Shown piece after piece: positions 1-9,403 of a stretch of DNA of 64,000 nucleotides. A program made the translations under genes and the position numbers. The number at the start of each line of letters is the position of its first letter. Positions within the stretch are counted from its first letter, which is position 1. Under the pieces are notes generated by a model. It did no database searches and was not told where the DNA came from. It worked only from the letters and a program-made list of their open reading frames with translations. The DNA is from Bacillota bacterium (lineage in GTDB: Bacteria; Bacillota; Sulfobacillia; JAJZYS01; JAILZS01): NCBI GenBank assembly GCA_023512375.1, contig JAILZS010000003.1:27260-91259 (forward strand), read 5' to 3'.

Positions 1-1479
1 ATCGTGAAGGTGCCGGTCGTACCGGGCATCGGCACCATCGCCGTGGGCATCGCCAAGGCGGGGGCGGACATCATCACCCTCTCGGGCTTCGACGGCGGAA
101 CCGGTGCCTGCCGCCGCCACAGCGCGCGCCACGTCGGGCTGCCGGCCGAGGTGGGCCTGCTCGAGGCCCACGGCGCCCTGGTGGAGGCCGGCCTGAGGGG
201 CGATGTGGAGCTGTGGTGCGACGGCGGCATGAAGACCGCGCTCGACGTGGTGAAGTGCATGCTCCTCGGGGCCAACCGGGTGGCGTTCGGCACCCTGGCC
301 ATGGTTTCCGTGGGGTGCACGATCTGCCGCGCCTGTCAGACCGACACATGCCACGTCGGCATCACCACCCAGGTGGAGAGCGAGGAGGAGGCACGGGCCA
401 AGGGCTTCAAGCGCTTCGTGCCGCGCGACCCGGAGGAGGCGGCCGAGTCGCTGGCGCGCGTGCTCACCGCCATCGGCGAGGGCGTGGCGCGCCACGCGGC
501 CGCCCTCGGCTACGCGAGCGCGCAGGAGCTGGTGGGCAGGGCAGAACACCTCGTGCAGGCGCGCGGACGCGATCGCCTCGACCTAAGCCCCCTCCTGGTG
601 TCACGCCCCCTCCCGCCACCCAGCGCCCAGCCCCACCGACCCACTCGCCCCCCTGTCGAGGTGCACGAGGAGGTGCGCGTCGGTGTTGCGGCGGCAGGAG
701 AGGACAGCGTGCGCATGTTCGGCACCGCACTGGCGGGGGAGCTCGTGCGCCGGGCGATGTTCGGGGACGAAGGCCGGCGCGTGCGGGTGCACGCCACGGG
801 TGTGGTGGGGCAAGGCCTAGCCGTCTTCCACACCCAGCACCTGAACACGGTGGTGCTGGGCGGAGCCCAGGACGGCGTGGCCAAGGGCGCGCTGGGCGGG
901 CGCGTGGCCGTCCTGAAGGCGGTCGGGCCGGACGGGGTGTGGCGCGACGGCAGCGTGGGCAAGAGCTTTGCCTACGGCGCGCAGGGAGGCCGCCTCTTCG
1001 TCCAGGGCGACGCCGACAGCCGGGCGGCGGTGCGCCTGTCGGGCGGTAGCGTGGTGTTCGGCGCCCGCCCCCGCGGCCCCCTGGACGGGACCGCCCAACG
1101 CGCCAACCTCAAGGGCTTCGCCTTCGAATACATGACCGGGGGCGTGGCCGTCTGCCTCGGCGACCCGGGCCCGTGGATGGCGGCCGGAATGACCGGAGGC
1201 GTGGTGTATGTCCACCTCTGGCCGGAGCTCGGCCTGGATCTCGAGGCGCTGCGCCGGCGCCTGGCGCGGGGGGCCACGTGCACCGCGGACGACGCCTTGG
1301 AGGAAACGGATCGGGCCCGCATCGCCGACCTGTTGTACGAGTACGCCGACCTCCTGGAGGAGAGCGGCCAGGGCGAGGAGGCGTTGTGGGTGCGCTCGCT
1401 CCTGCCGCCCGCCCCCGGCGCCTTCGCCCGCATCCGGCCGCGGGGCGCCCAGGTGAACCAGGAGGTGTCCACCGAGTAG
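1..1479 (+). CDS. gltB: glutamate synthase large subunit, C-terminal part (FMN-binding end plus GXGXG domain); 5' end lies outside the window
   Basis: In-frame from window start. Motifs typical of the GltB FMN/Fe-S region and C-terminal GXGXG domain (GTIAVGIAKAGADII, CRACQTDTCHVGITTQ, GQGLAVFH...GGRVAVLKAVG). Stop at 1477-1479. Confidence 0.8.
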   Translation: MVKVPVVPGIGTIAVGIAKAGADIITLSGFDGGTGACRRHSARHVGLPAEVGLLEAHGALVEAGLRGDVELWCDGGMKTALDVVKCMLLGANRVAFGTLAMVSVGCTICRACQTDTCHVGITTQVESEEEARAKGFKRFVPRDPEEAAESLARVLTAIGEGVARHAAALGYASAQELVGRAEHLVQARGRDRLDLSPLLVSRPLPPPSAQPHRPTRPPVEVHEEVRVGVAAAGEDSVRMFGTALAGELVRRAMFGDEGRRVRVHATGVVGQGLAVFHTQHLNTVVLGGAQDGVAKGALGGRVAVLKAVGPDGVWRDGSVGKSFAYGAQGGRLFVQGDADSRAAVRLSGGSVVFGARPRGPLDGTAQRANLKGFAFEYMTGGVAVCLGDPGPWMAAGMTGGVVYVHLWPELGLDLEALRRRLARGATCTADDALEETDRARIADLLYEYADLLEESGQGEEALWVRSLLPPAPGAFARIRPRGAQVNQEVSTE

Positions 1480-1548
1480 GACGCGTCTCGCGCACCCGCT
1501 CGGGGCCGGCGCCCGCACGGCGGGAGCCGGCCCCGGTCTGCTTCGACG

Positions 1549-2880
1549 TCACGCACGGGGGCGCCAGTCCCAGGTCGCCTCGAGCCAGGGGGCGAGGTCT
1601 TCCTCCCCCTCGAGGGCGAACGTGAGTTCCCAGAGACGGTCGGCGTGGGCCCGAGGGATCGTCGGCAGCACGAGCTGCTCGAACTTGTGCCGAAGGTCCT
1701 CGCGCGTCATGGGGCGCTCGAGGCTGCCACGGGCGTGGGACACGCGCCGGATCACTCGCCTTGCGCCCGCCTCCACCTCGACCTCCGCCGCGTCCCGCCC
1801 CATGGTCTCGTCCCCCACGATCTCCGCCCGCGCCCACAGGGCGCGGATGAGCGGGTCGGTGACGCGCGCGTCGCTGAACTGCTCCGGACCGGCGGTGCCG
1901 TCCACCAAGCCCACGGCCAGGGCGTGGGCAGCGCTGAACTTCCCCTCAAGGCCGCGGGTCGGTGCGGCGATAGCGGTGAAGTCCAGCACCAGGGGGTGGA
2001 CCCGGGCGGTGATCCGCGTCACCTCCTCCGGCCGCACACCCTCCTCCCGGATGCCGGCGGCCGCCTCGATCAGCGGGTGGAGGACGATGCCGCAGGCGTA
2101 CGGCTTAAACGTGTTGTCGGCCACGTGCCAACGCTCCCCCAGCGCGGCCGTGAGTACCTCCTCGTCCAGGCCGGCGGAGACCGCCCGCCCCAGGGCCCTC
2201 AGGCAGGAGAGATCGGCGGTGACGCCCTGCCCGGCGGCCGAGGCGGCGGCCCAGCCCAGGGCGCCGGCCCGCCCGACCTGGTAGGCCTTGGCGTGGGAGC
2301 CGAAGCTCGCCCTGAGCCCCGTGGGGGCGGCGGCGGCGAGACCGACGGCATGCGCCAGACGCTCCCTGTCCAAGCCCATGACCTTGCCCGCGGCCGCCGC
2401 TGCCGCCACCGGACCGACCACCGCCGTGTAGTGCCAGCCCCGGTCGGTGCCCGTCAGGTCGAGGGCGAGGCCGAGGCGGATCGCCACCTCCTCCCCCACA
2501 AGGCAGGCCTCCAGGAAACTCGCCGGGCGGGCACGCGAGGCCTCCGCCGCCGCCAAGGCAGCGGGAATCACCGGGGCGCTGGGGTGGACGACGGTGGCGA
2601 GGTGGGTGTCGTCGAAATCCTGCAGGTGCGCGAGGCTGGCGTTGCCCCAGACGGCCGCCATGGCGCCGGCCCGACGTCCCACCCCCACCAGGCACAGGTG
2701 GCCCGACCCCAAGGCCAGTGCACCCTGGATCAGGGGGCCGGCCTCGGGGTCGAGGGCCCCTCCCATGGTGGCCGCCAACCAGTTGGCCACCGAAAGCGTC
2801 AACCGCTCCCGCACCGGAGCGGGGGCGGCGGACCACGTGGATTCCTCGATGAAGGCGACGAAGTCCTCTAGCCTCGACAT
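1549..2880 (-). CDS. MmgE/PrpD family protein (2-methylcitrate dehydratase / cis-aconitate decarboxylase superfamily), paralog 1
   Basis: 443-aa ORF with PrpD-like architecture. Start chosen at ATG 2880 (MSRLEDF...), preceded by a GGGGGGAG RBS. The longer ORF start at 2898 is less likely. Confidence 0.75.
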   Translation of the reverse strand: MSRLEDFVAFIEESTWSAAPAPVRERLTLSVANWLAATMGGALDPEAGPLIQGALALGSGHLCLVGVGRRAGAMAAVWGNASLAHLQDFDDTHLATVVHPSAPVIPAALAAAEASRARPASFLEACLVGEEVAIRLGLALDLTGTDRGWHYTAVVGPVAAAAAAGKVMGLDRERLAHAVGLAAAAPTGLRASFGSHAKAYQVGRAGALGWAAASAAGQGVTADLSCLRALGRAVSAGLDEEVLTAALGERWHVADNTFKPYACGIVLHPLIEAAAGIREEGVRPEEVTRITARVHPLVLDFTAIAAPTRGLEGKFSAAHALAVGLVDGTAGPEQFSDARVTDPLIRALWARAEIVGDETMGRDAAEVEVEAGARRVIRRVSHARGSLERPMTREDLRHKFEQLVLPTIPRAHADRLWELTFALEGEEDLAPWLEATWDWRPRA

Positions 2881-2923
2881 CGTTCTCCCCCCCGACACGA
2901 TGGTTCTCCGCGCGCCGGCGTCG

Positions 2924-3865
2924 CTACGGCCCGGGCGCGTCCGAGACGGAGTCCGGCCAGGGAACGAGGGACGAGTCCTCCGCCAGGCTCGCCGCCCAGC
3001 GCGACAGGAGCGAAAGCACGCGGTCGGCGGGCCACGCGGCGTCGGGGCGCACCTCGAACGTCACGAGGACCTCGTGGGCGAGCTGGCGCGTCCAGGCGAC
3101 CGCGCGCGCGATCTGTTCCCGCGTCCCCATCGCACCGGCGGTCCCGGGCACGGGGTGACGGTCTTCCAGCACGCCGGACGCTCCCTTCCAGCCGGCGCCG
3201 ATCTGCACCACCCGGACGAACGACGAGAGGTCCTGCAGATTCGGCGGCAGATCCCCGCCCGCCAGCAAGTGGTGGGCGACATCGAACATGATCCCGACGC
3301 GGCCGCCGCTCTCCCGTGAGAGAGCGACAGCGGTGGCGGCGTCGGGGATGAGCGAATCGGCGATCGAGCATGGCGGAAACGGCTCCACCACGACCTCGGG
3401 TCCCCTGGCCGTGCGCAAGAACGCGTCCAGCTCTTCCGCCAGGATCTTGAGTTGGGCCGCGGCGCCCACCCCCTCCTCCCGCCGCCCTCCCCAGACGGCG
3501 ACGTAGCGGGCGCCGAGCCGAGCGGCGACGTCCCAGGCGCGTGACAACGCCGCCCGCGCCGCCCTCCGGCGTTCCTCCGAGGGGCTGGACAGGCTCAGGC
3601 CGCGCTCGATGAACGCCGTCTGCGTGCCCACGACGAGGGCCTGCTGCGCCCCCTCCAGCTCCCTCCAGTCGGTGTCCCATCGCAGCGGCACCTCGTATAC
3701 CCGGAACTCGGGGTGGCCGTCCATGAGGGTGCGCAGCCGTCCGATGGCCTCCCGGGCGGGCGCCCGCAGGAGCACCTCGTACAGCATGTAGGTGGCGAGA
3801 CCCACCGGGTGAGGGAAGGCGCCTCCGCCCGCCCCCTCCTGCCCGTGCCGCGCCGTTTCCACCAC
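2924..3865 (-). CDS. sugar phosphate isomerase/epimerase (xylose isomerase-like TIM barrel) family protein
   Basis: 313-aa ORF. GTG start with a GGAGGG RBS 8 nt upstream. Sits between the two PrpD paralogs with a 17-nt gap to the upstream stop. Family call rests on overall sequence character (hydrophobic barrel strands, conserved acidic and His residues). Confidence 0.6.
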   Translation of the reverse strand: MVETARHGQEGAGGGAFPHPVGLATYMLYEVLLRAPAREAIGRLRTLMDGHPEFRVYEVPLRWDTDWRELEGAQQALVVGTQTAFIERGLSLSSPSEERRRAARAALSRAWDVAARLGARYVAVWGGRREEGVGAAAQLKILAEELDAFLRTARGPEVVVEPFPPCSIADSLIPDAATAVALSRESGGRVGIMFDVAHHLLAGGDLPPNLQDLSSFVRVVQIGAGWKGASGVLEDRHPVPGTAGAMGTREQIARAVAWTRQLAHEVLVTFEVRPDAAWPADRVLSLLSRWAASLAEDSSLVPWPDSVSDAPGP

Positions 3866-3881
3866 GCCGCCGTCGCCCTCC

Positions 3882-5279
3882 TCACCGGCTCCGCCCTTCC
3901 GACAGTCCCGAGCGCAATAGCCGTCCCAGCGCCCGCACGCTTCGTTGGCGCTCGAGACGCATCACCCACGCCTCCACCTCCGCCAGGACCGACTCGGGCA
4001 GGCGGCGGCCCGCCGCGGCGCGCCACTTGGCCCGTACGTCGGCTTCCTGCCAGGGACGGTCGGGGCTCCCGCTGGGGGCCGGCACGTCGGCGGTGTATCG
4101 GCTGCCGTCGCGGGCGACGCACGTCACGCGGCCAGCGAACCGCGCCGGGTACCCCATCCCCTCCTCCGGCCGGTAGGTCACGCGGGCGGCGAAGGCGAGG
4201 ACCTCGGGCCGGATCCCCTGCGGGCGGAAGGTGTCGACGTCCACCGCACCGTCCAGCCACATCGAAGCCACGGCGTACGGCAGGCTGAACCTCGCATCCA
4301 CCGCCGAGGCCGGCCGCAGCTTCCTTTCCCACGGCTCGCAGATGACCGGCACGACCTCGGCGGGCACGGTGCACTCCACGCGCTCGACGTCCGCTGCCGC
4401 GACGCCCCCGTCCCGGAGCTCGGCGCAGGCGTCCAAGAAGGCGTGGATGTAGTGGCAGCACGGGTACGCCTTGTACGAGAGCTCGCGCGCGTGCCATACG
4501 GTGCCGAGGTCGTCGAACACGCGCCGATCCGGTTCCGCCCCGGCGGCGTGCGTGCGGTACAGGCCAAAGCGTCCCTCCAGCGCTGTCGCAGGCCCACGCA
4601 CGCCTTCCCGTGCGAGGTGGGCCGCCACCAATCCCATGTGGGCGGCCCAGCCTGGGTAGACCACCTTTACGTCGGAACCGTCGCCCAGGAACTCGAATAC
4701 GCCTCCCGCCAGGCTGGCGCCGATGCCCACCGCCGCGGCGAGGCGGTCGCGATCCAGGCCGAGGAGCCATCCGGCCACCAGGGCGGCGGCGGCGGGACCG
4801 CAGGCAGCGGTGGTCTGGAACCCCTGGCGCTGAAACGCCCCCGGGGCCGCGAGCCCCAGCCGGATGAGGACCTCCCATCCCAGGACGATGGCGTCCGAAC
4901 AGGCGGAGCCCGATGCGCCGGCCAGCTCCGCGGCAGCCAGGGCGGCGGGCACCACGACCGAGCTCGCATGTACCACCGAGCCGATGTGTGTGTCGTCGTA
5001 TTCCAAGGCGTGGATGAGGGCGCCGTTGGCGAGAGCGGCGGACGGGGCCGGCAGGCGCTCGGCCGCCCCCAGGGCGGTGGCCTCCGACCGCGTCCCCAAG
5101 GCGCGCACCGCCGCCAATACGCTCTGCCCTTCCGGCAGGGAGGAGGCCGCGATCCCCACGCCCAGGGCGTCGAGCAGGTGCAGCGCCGCGATGCGCCGGA
5201 CGTCCGGCGGGATGGCACCGCCCGCCCAGGCCATCGCCACGTCCACCAGTCCGTCCACAATGGTCGCCCTCGCCGCCAT
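3882..5279 (-). CDS. MmgE/PrpD family protein, paralog 2
   Basis: 465-aa ORF with a PrpD-like N-terminus (MAARATIVDGLVDVAMAWAG...) and full length typical of the family. Confidence 0.8.
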   Translation of the reverse strand: MAARATIVDGLVDVAMAWAGGAIPPDVRRIAALHLLDALGVGIAASSLPEGQSVLAAVRALGTRSEATALGAAERLPAPSAALANGALIHALEYDDTHIGSVVHASSVVVPAALAAAELAGASGSACSDAIVLGWEVLIRLGLAAPGAFQRQGFQTTAACGPAAAALVAGWLLGLDRDRLAAAVGIGASLAGGVFEFLGDGSDVKVVYPGWAAHMGLVAAHLAREGVRGPATALEGRFGLYRTHAAGAEPDRRVFDDLGTVWHARELSYKAYPCCHYIHAFLDACAELRDGGVAAADVERVECTVPAEVVPVICEPWERKLRPASAVDARFSLPYAVASMWLDGAVDVDTFRPQGIRPEVLAFAARVTYRPEEGMGYPARFAGRVTCVARDGSRYTADVPAPSGSPDRPWQEADVRAKWRAAAGRRLPESVLAEVEAWVMRLERQRSVRALGRLLRSGLSEGRSR

Positions 5280-5316
5280 CCGGCATCCCCCCCTCCGGCT
5301 CCCGCCGCGGCGGGCT

Positions 5317-6132
5317 CTACTCGCCCGTCTTTCCCTGGGGTCGGTAGCCGATGGCGCGGCTGAACGCCTGCGCCTCGGTAATCAGCAGGGGCGCGAGCTC
5401 GCGGATGAGCCGGTCGTACGGTACGATCGCCCCGTTTGTCGACATGTTCATGGCCGCCACCACGCGGCCGTGCTCGTCGCGCACAGGGGCGGCGATGGAT
5501 CGGATTCCGAACTCCAGTTCGTCCTCGCACACGGCCACCCCGAGCTTGTGGGCGGCGCGGATGTCCTCGAACAGCTGCACCTCGTTCACGCGCGTGTTGG
5601 GCGTGAAGCGGGGCCAGGGTGGCGGGCCGAAGATCTCCACCAGGTCCTCGGGCCTCGCGTCCCAGAGCGTGGCCTTTCCCAGCGCGGTGGCGTAAGCCGG
5701 CAGCCGCGAGCCCACCTGTAGGCGGGTCTCCAACAGGCGCGGCGTAGCCGACACCCGGGCCACGTAGACGACCTCCGGCCCGTCGCGCACCGCGAGGTTG
5801 ACCGTCTCCCCCGTGCGCCGGCTCAAGCGGGTGAGGAAGGGCTCAGCCATGTCCGGAAACCGCAGGGTCGCCAGATAGGCGCTGCCCAGCTCCAGAACGA
5901 ACAGGCCCAGGTGGTAGCGCCCGGCCTCGTCGACCTCGACGAAGCCGTACTTCACAAGCGTGCGCAAAAGGCGCAGCGTATGGGGCTTGCTCCATCCGAG
6001 CAGGCCGGCCACCTCGGACAGGGTGAGCCGCTGCCGGTCCCCGGTGAACGCCCTGAGGATCTGCAGACCCTTGCCCAGCGCCTGGACCTCGTCGGCCCGC
6101 TCGCGTCGCCGCTCTTGCACCTTCATGTTCAT
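5317..6132 (-). CDS. IclR family transcriptional regulator
   Basis: N-terminal HTH (LQILRAFTGDRQRLTLSEVAGLLGWSKPHTLRLLRTLVKYGFVE) plus a C-terminal IclR effector domain. Start taken at ATG 6132 (MNMKVQ...). The upstream part of the long ORF is low complexity. Confidence 0.85.
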   Translation of the reverse strand: MNMKVQERRRERADEVQALGKGLQILRAFTGDRQRLTLSEVAGLLGWSKPHTLRLLRTLVKYGFVEVDEAGRYHLGLFVLELGSAYLATLRFPDMAEPFLTRLSRRTGETVNLAVRDGPEVVYVARVSATPRLLETRLQVGSRLPAYATALGKATLWDARPEDLVEIFGPPPWPRFTPNTRVNEVQLFEDIRAAHKLGVAVCEDELEFGIRSIAAPVRDEHGRVVAAMNMSTNGAIVPYDRLIRELAPLLITEAQAFSRAIGYRPQGKTGE

Positions 6133-6218
6133 GACCCGCGCCCTCTCCCCACGTCCCGGCCTGGGCGTCCGACGGTGAGTGCCCGCATCGGGAGCCGGCG
6201 TCGCCCTTGTCCGAATTC

Positions 6219-6249
6219 TTGCGCTCGACCTACACACTAGACTATAATG
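6219..6249 (+). promoter_or_regulatory. putative sigma-A type promoter (TTGCGC-19 nt-TATAAT) in the divergent iclR/ABC-transporter intergenic region
   Basis: Perfect TATAAT hexamer at 6244-6249 in a locally AT-rich island (6230-6310) within an otherwise 72% GC sequence. Direct GCGTT repeats at 6277-6305 may be an IclR operator. Confidence 0.35.
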
Positions 6250-6436
6250 CACCAGATACACAACAGCGTTACGTATGGCGAAACTTGCGTTCCTCATATA
6301 GAAATCACCGGTGATCGACAGTGGCTCTCCCGGGTCCGGGCGAGCGGGACAAGCCTCCGAAAGGGGGTGAAAGGGAGCCGCCAAGCGCTCAGTGTGCTGT
6401 TTCCCATGTGACGTCTGGCAAAGGTGGTGGGGATTC

Positions 6437-7699
6437 ATGGGCGACGCCTTCCGCACGCCGAGGCGACACGGGATCGGATTCGGTCTCGCCGCGGCCCTCA
6501 CTCTCAGCCTCTTCGCCCTCCCGGCGACGGCGCTGGCCACCGTCCACACGCACCGGGCAGCGACGCAGGTGGTGACGATCGGCCTCATCGAGCCGACCAC
6601 CGGGGCGGGCGCCGTGCTCGGGGAACAGATCATCGACGGAGCCGACCTGGCCGTGGCCGACCTCAACCGCGAGGCGGCCGCCGAGCACAAGCCGTTCCGC
6701 TTCAAGACCGTGGTCGAGAACTCCCAGTGCGATCCTCAGGACGCCAACACCGCGACCCTCGCGGCCATCCAGCAGGCGCACGTCAACGCCATGGTGGGCG
6801 AGGTGTGCAGCGACGCGACCCTCGTCGTCCGCAGCCTGGCCGGCCAGTACAAGGTGCCGGTCGTCGTGCCCGACTCCTCCGCACACGCCATCACGGCGCA
6901 GGGAAACCCGTACACCTTCCGGATCATCCCGGACGAGGTCCTGCAGCACGAGATCCTCGCCGTCGTAGCCAAGAACTTCCTGCACTTTCACCACGTCGTG
7001 GCCGTCCACGAGCAGACGGCGTCGGGCGACGGCGCCGCGAACTCCTTCGTCTGGGCCATGCAGAGGATCGGCGACCCCGTCGTGGCCGACATCGCCGTGA
7101 GCGACACCGCTCCCAACTACGCATCCACCATCGCATACATCAAGAGCCTGCATCCGGACGCAATCGACGTCACCATGCTCATCAACCCTGCGGTCCGCTT
7201 CATCCAGCAGCTCTACCAGTCCGGGGTGCGCGTCCCGATCCTGGACTCGATCTGGTTCCCGCAGCCCGAATACGCCAAGCTGCTCGGCCCGGCAGCGATC
7301 GGAACGGTGTCCGAGTCCTTCTTCCAGGCGGGCTACAACAAGGCGTTCGGCGCGGCGGCCTTCACGAGCGAGTTCGAGGCGCGCTACCACACCGCCCCGG
7401 ACTATCAGAACGCCGAGGGCTACGCGTCGGCCAAGCTCATCGGCGACACCGTACTGCGCATCGGCAAGACGTCCCCCGTCGACATCGCCGCCGGTCTGCG
7501 TCAGACGCGTGACTACCCCTCCGTGATCGGCATGATCACCTTCAACTCCCAGGGGCAGGCGGAGTTCACGCCTACCTCGATGATCCTCGTGAAGAACCTG
7601 CCGGGGCTGAAGCTCGCCATCCTCAACACGGAACCGGGCTTCAAGCTCGGGCTCTGGATGGAGGCGTTCCGGGGGGCCACCTGCTCGCCCAACTGCTGA
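6437..7699 (+). CDS. ABC transporter substrate-binding protein, branched-chain amino acid (LivK/Peripla_BP_6) family
   Basis: ATG at 6437 follows a GGTGGTGGGG RBS. Signal-peptide-like N-terminus (GFGLAAALTLSLFALPATALA). Overall fold signatures match the Liv-type family. Confidence 0.85.
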   Translation: MGDAFRTPRRHGIGFGLAAALTLSLFALPATALATVHTHRAATQVVTIGLIEPTTGAGAVLGEQIIDGADLAVADLNREAAAEHKPFRFKTVVENSQCDPQDANTATLAAIQQAHVNAMVGEVCSDATLVVRSLAGQYKVPVVVPDSSAHAITAQGNPYTFRIIPDEVLQHEILAVVAKNFLHFHHVVAVHEQTASGDGAANSFVWAMQRIGDPVVADIAVSDTAPNYASTIAYIKSLHPDAIDVTMLINPAVRFIQQLYQSGVRVPILDSIWFPQPEYAKLLGPAAIGTVSESFFQAGYNKAFGAAAFTSEFEARYHTAPDYQNAEGYASAKLIGDTVLRIGKTSPVDIAAGLRQTRDYPSVIGMITFNSQGQAEFTPTSMILVKNLPGLKLAILNTEPGFKLGLWMEAFRGATCSPNC

Positions 7700-7803
7700 C
7701 CTGAACTCCGGCGCGCACAGGGGGGAACGGGGGAGCACGGCCGTCCACCCCCCTTTGCGTCTGTCCGGGCGCGATCGATCGCCTGCGGAGGGGGGTTACG
7801 CTC

Positions 7804-8514
7804 GTGCGCGTGGTCGTCACGGGAGCGAGCGGCGGCATCGGTTCGGCCCTCGTCGAGCGCCTGTTGACCGACGGGCATCGGGTGGCTGCCATCGACGTGC
7901 GCGCCGCCGTATCTGACCGGGATGCACCCGGGCTGAGCACCTACCGCTGCGACCTCGCGTCGTACGAGCAGACGGAGGAGGCGGTACGCCGCTTCGTGGC
8001 CGATGCGGGGGGCGTGGAGGCACTCGTCAACGTCGCCGGCACCAACCTCCTCCGCCCGTTCACGGAGCTGTCCCCCGACGACTGGGCCTATGTCCTCCGC
8101 ACCAACCTCTTCACCCTCTTCAACGCCTGCCGGGCGACGGTGCCGCATATGATCGAAGCCGCCCAAGGCGGTGCGATCGTCAACTTCTCCTCCACGTTCG
8201 CCTTTCGTGGCCAGCGCCACGTAGTGCCCTACGCCGCCAGCAAAGCCGGAGTTGTCGGGTTCACGCGCGCGCTTGCGGCCGAGCTCGCACCGCACGCCAT
8301 CCGTGTGAACGCGGTGGCGCCCGCGGCCACCTTGACGGCGCGGGTGGCCGCGATGCCCGAGGAATTCCTTGCCGAGCAGCTGGCGCACATCCCCCTCGGC
8401 CGCTTCACCCGGGTCGAGGATGTCGTCAACGCGGTGTGCTTCCTGATCTCCTCCGATGCCTCGGACATCACGGGGCAAACCCTGTCCGTCAGCGGCGGGG
8501 ACGTCATGCTATAA
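7804..8514 (+). CDS. SDR family NAD(P)-dependent oxidoreductase
   Basis: TGASGGIGSAL Rossmann motif, NVAG, and the YAASKAG catalytic Tyr/Lys motif. GTG start. Confidence 0.85.
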   Translation: MRVVVTGASGGIGSALVERLLTDGHRVAAIDVRAAVSDRDAPGLSTYRCDLASYEQTEEAVRRFVADAGGVEALVNVAGTNLLRPFTELSPDDWAYVLRTNLFTLFNACRATVPHMIEAAQGGAIVNFSSTFAFRGQRHVVPYAASKAGVVGFTRALAAELAPHAIRVNAVAPAATLTARVAAMPEEFLAEQLAHIPLGRFTRVEDVVNAVCFLISSDASDITGQTLSVSGGDVML

Positions 8515-8527
8515 GGCGGGGGTTGAA

Positions 8528-9403
8528 GTGCTCGCGTTTCTCAGTTCTCTGTTCATTAACGGGCTCGTCACCGGCAGCATGTTCATGCTTGTAGCGCTTG
8601 GCGTAACCCTTTTCTACGGCGTCTTGCGCATCATCAACCTCGCTCACGGCGACGTGTTCATGGTGGGAGCCTACATGGCGTTCTATGCTGGCACCTACCT
8701 GCACCTTCCCTACTGGGCTGTCGTGATCGTCACCATGATGGGCTGCGCCGTCCTCTACCCCATCTTGGATCTGCTCGTATTCCGTCGCCTGCGCGGCTCG
8801 GAGCTGGGCCCGCTCATCACGTCGGTGGGACTGTCCATGGCCCTCGAAAGCCTTGTGCAGGGCATCTTCACGGCCAATGCGCAGGCCGTGCCCTCTCCCT
8901 ACCTCAACAATCTCGTCAACATCGGTACGGTGTCGGTACCTCTCCAGAGCCTGCTCATGATCCCGCTCACGCTGGTGGTTGTGGCCGCCCTGTACGTCTT
9001 CCTCCGGCGAACCCGCACCGGCCTCATGGTGCGCGCCGTCGCGATGGAGCCGAGGGTGAGCCAGCTCATGGGGGTGCGGCCCGAGTACGTGTACGGCGTG
9101 GTCTTCGTGCTCGCCGGCCTGCTCGTCGGGCTAGCGGCCGCAACCATGGCGCCGGAGCTGTACGTCACGCCGACGATGGGGGTCGAACTCACGGTGGACG
9201 CGTACATCGTCGTGGTCATCGGCGGCTTCGGCAACGTCGAGGGAGCGATCGTGGCGGCGTTCATCCTCGGCCTCATCAACAGCTTCGTCTCCGGTCTGGG
9301 GCTCGCCGACTGGGCCACGACGATCGCCCTCGCCCTCCTGGTGGGCTTCATGATGGTGAGACCTTCCGGTCTCGTGGCGGAGCGCCTGGGGGTGCGACAG
9401 TGA
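8528..9403 (+). CDS. branched-chain amino acid ABC transporter permease (LivH-like)
   Basis: Polytopic membrane protein of the LivH type. GTG start just after the SDR stop. The ORF frame upstream overlaps the SDR gene and is not coding. Confidence 0.8.
   Translation: MLAFLSSLFINGLVTGSMFMLVALGVTLFYGVLRIINLAHGDVFMVGAYMAFYAGTYLHLPYWAVVIVTMMGCAVLYPILDLLVFRRLRGSELGPLITSVGLSMALESLVQGIFTANAQAVPSPYLNNLVNIGTVSVPLQSLLMIPLTLVVVAALYVFLRRTRTGLMVRAVAMEPRVSQLMGVRPEYVYGVVFVLAGLLVGLAAATMAPELYVTPTMGVELTVDAYIVVVIGGFGNVEGAIVAAFILGLINSFVSGLGLADWATTIALALLVGFMMVRPSGLVAERLGVRQ

Noticed and set aside
3595-5286. 563-aa Gly/Arg-rich minus-strand ORF
   Set aside because: Alternate frame over the sugar-isomerase and PrpD-2 genes. 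Composition (runs of G, R, P) is typical of non-coding frames in GC-rich DNA, and the PrpD frame has clear family similarity.
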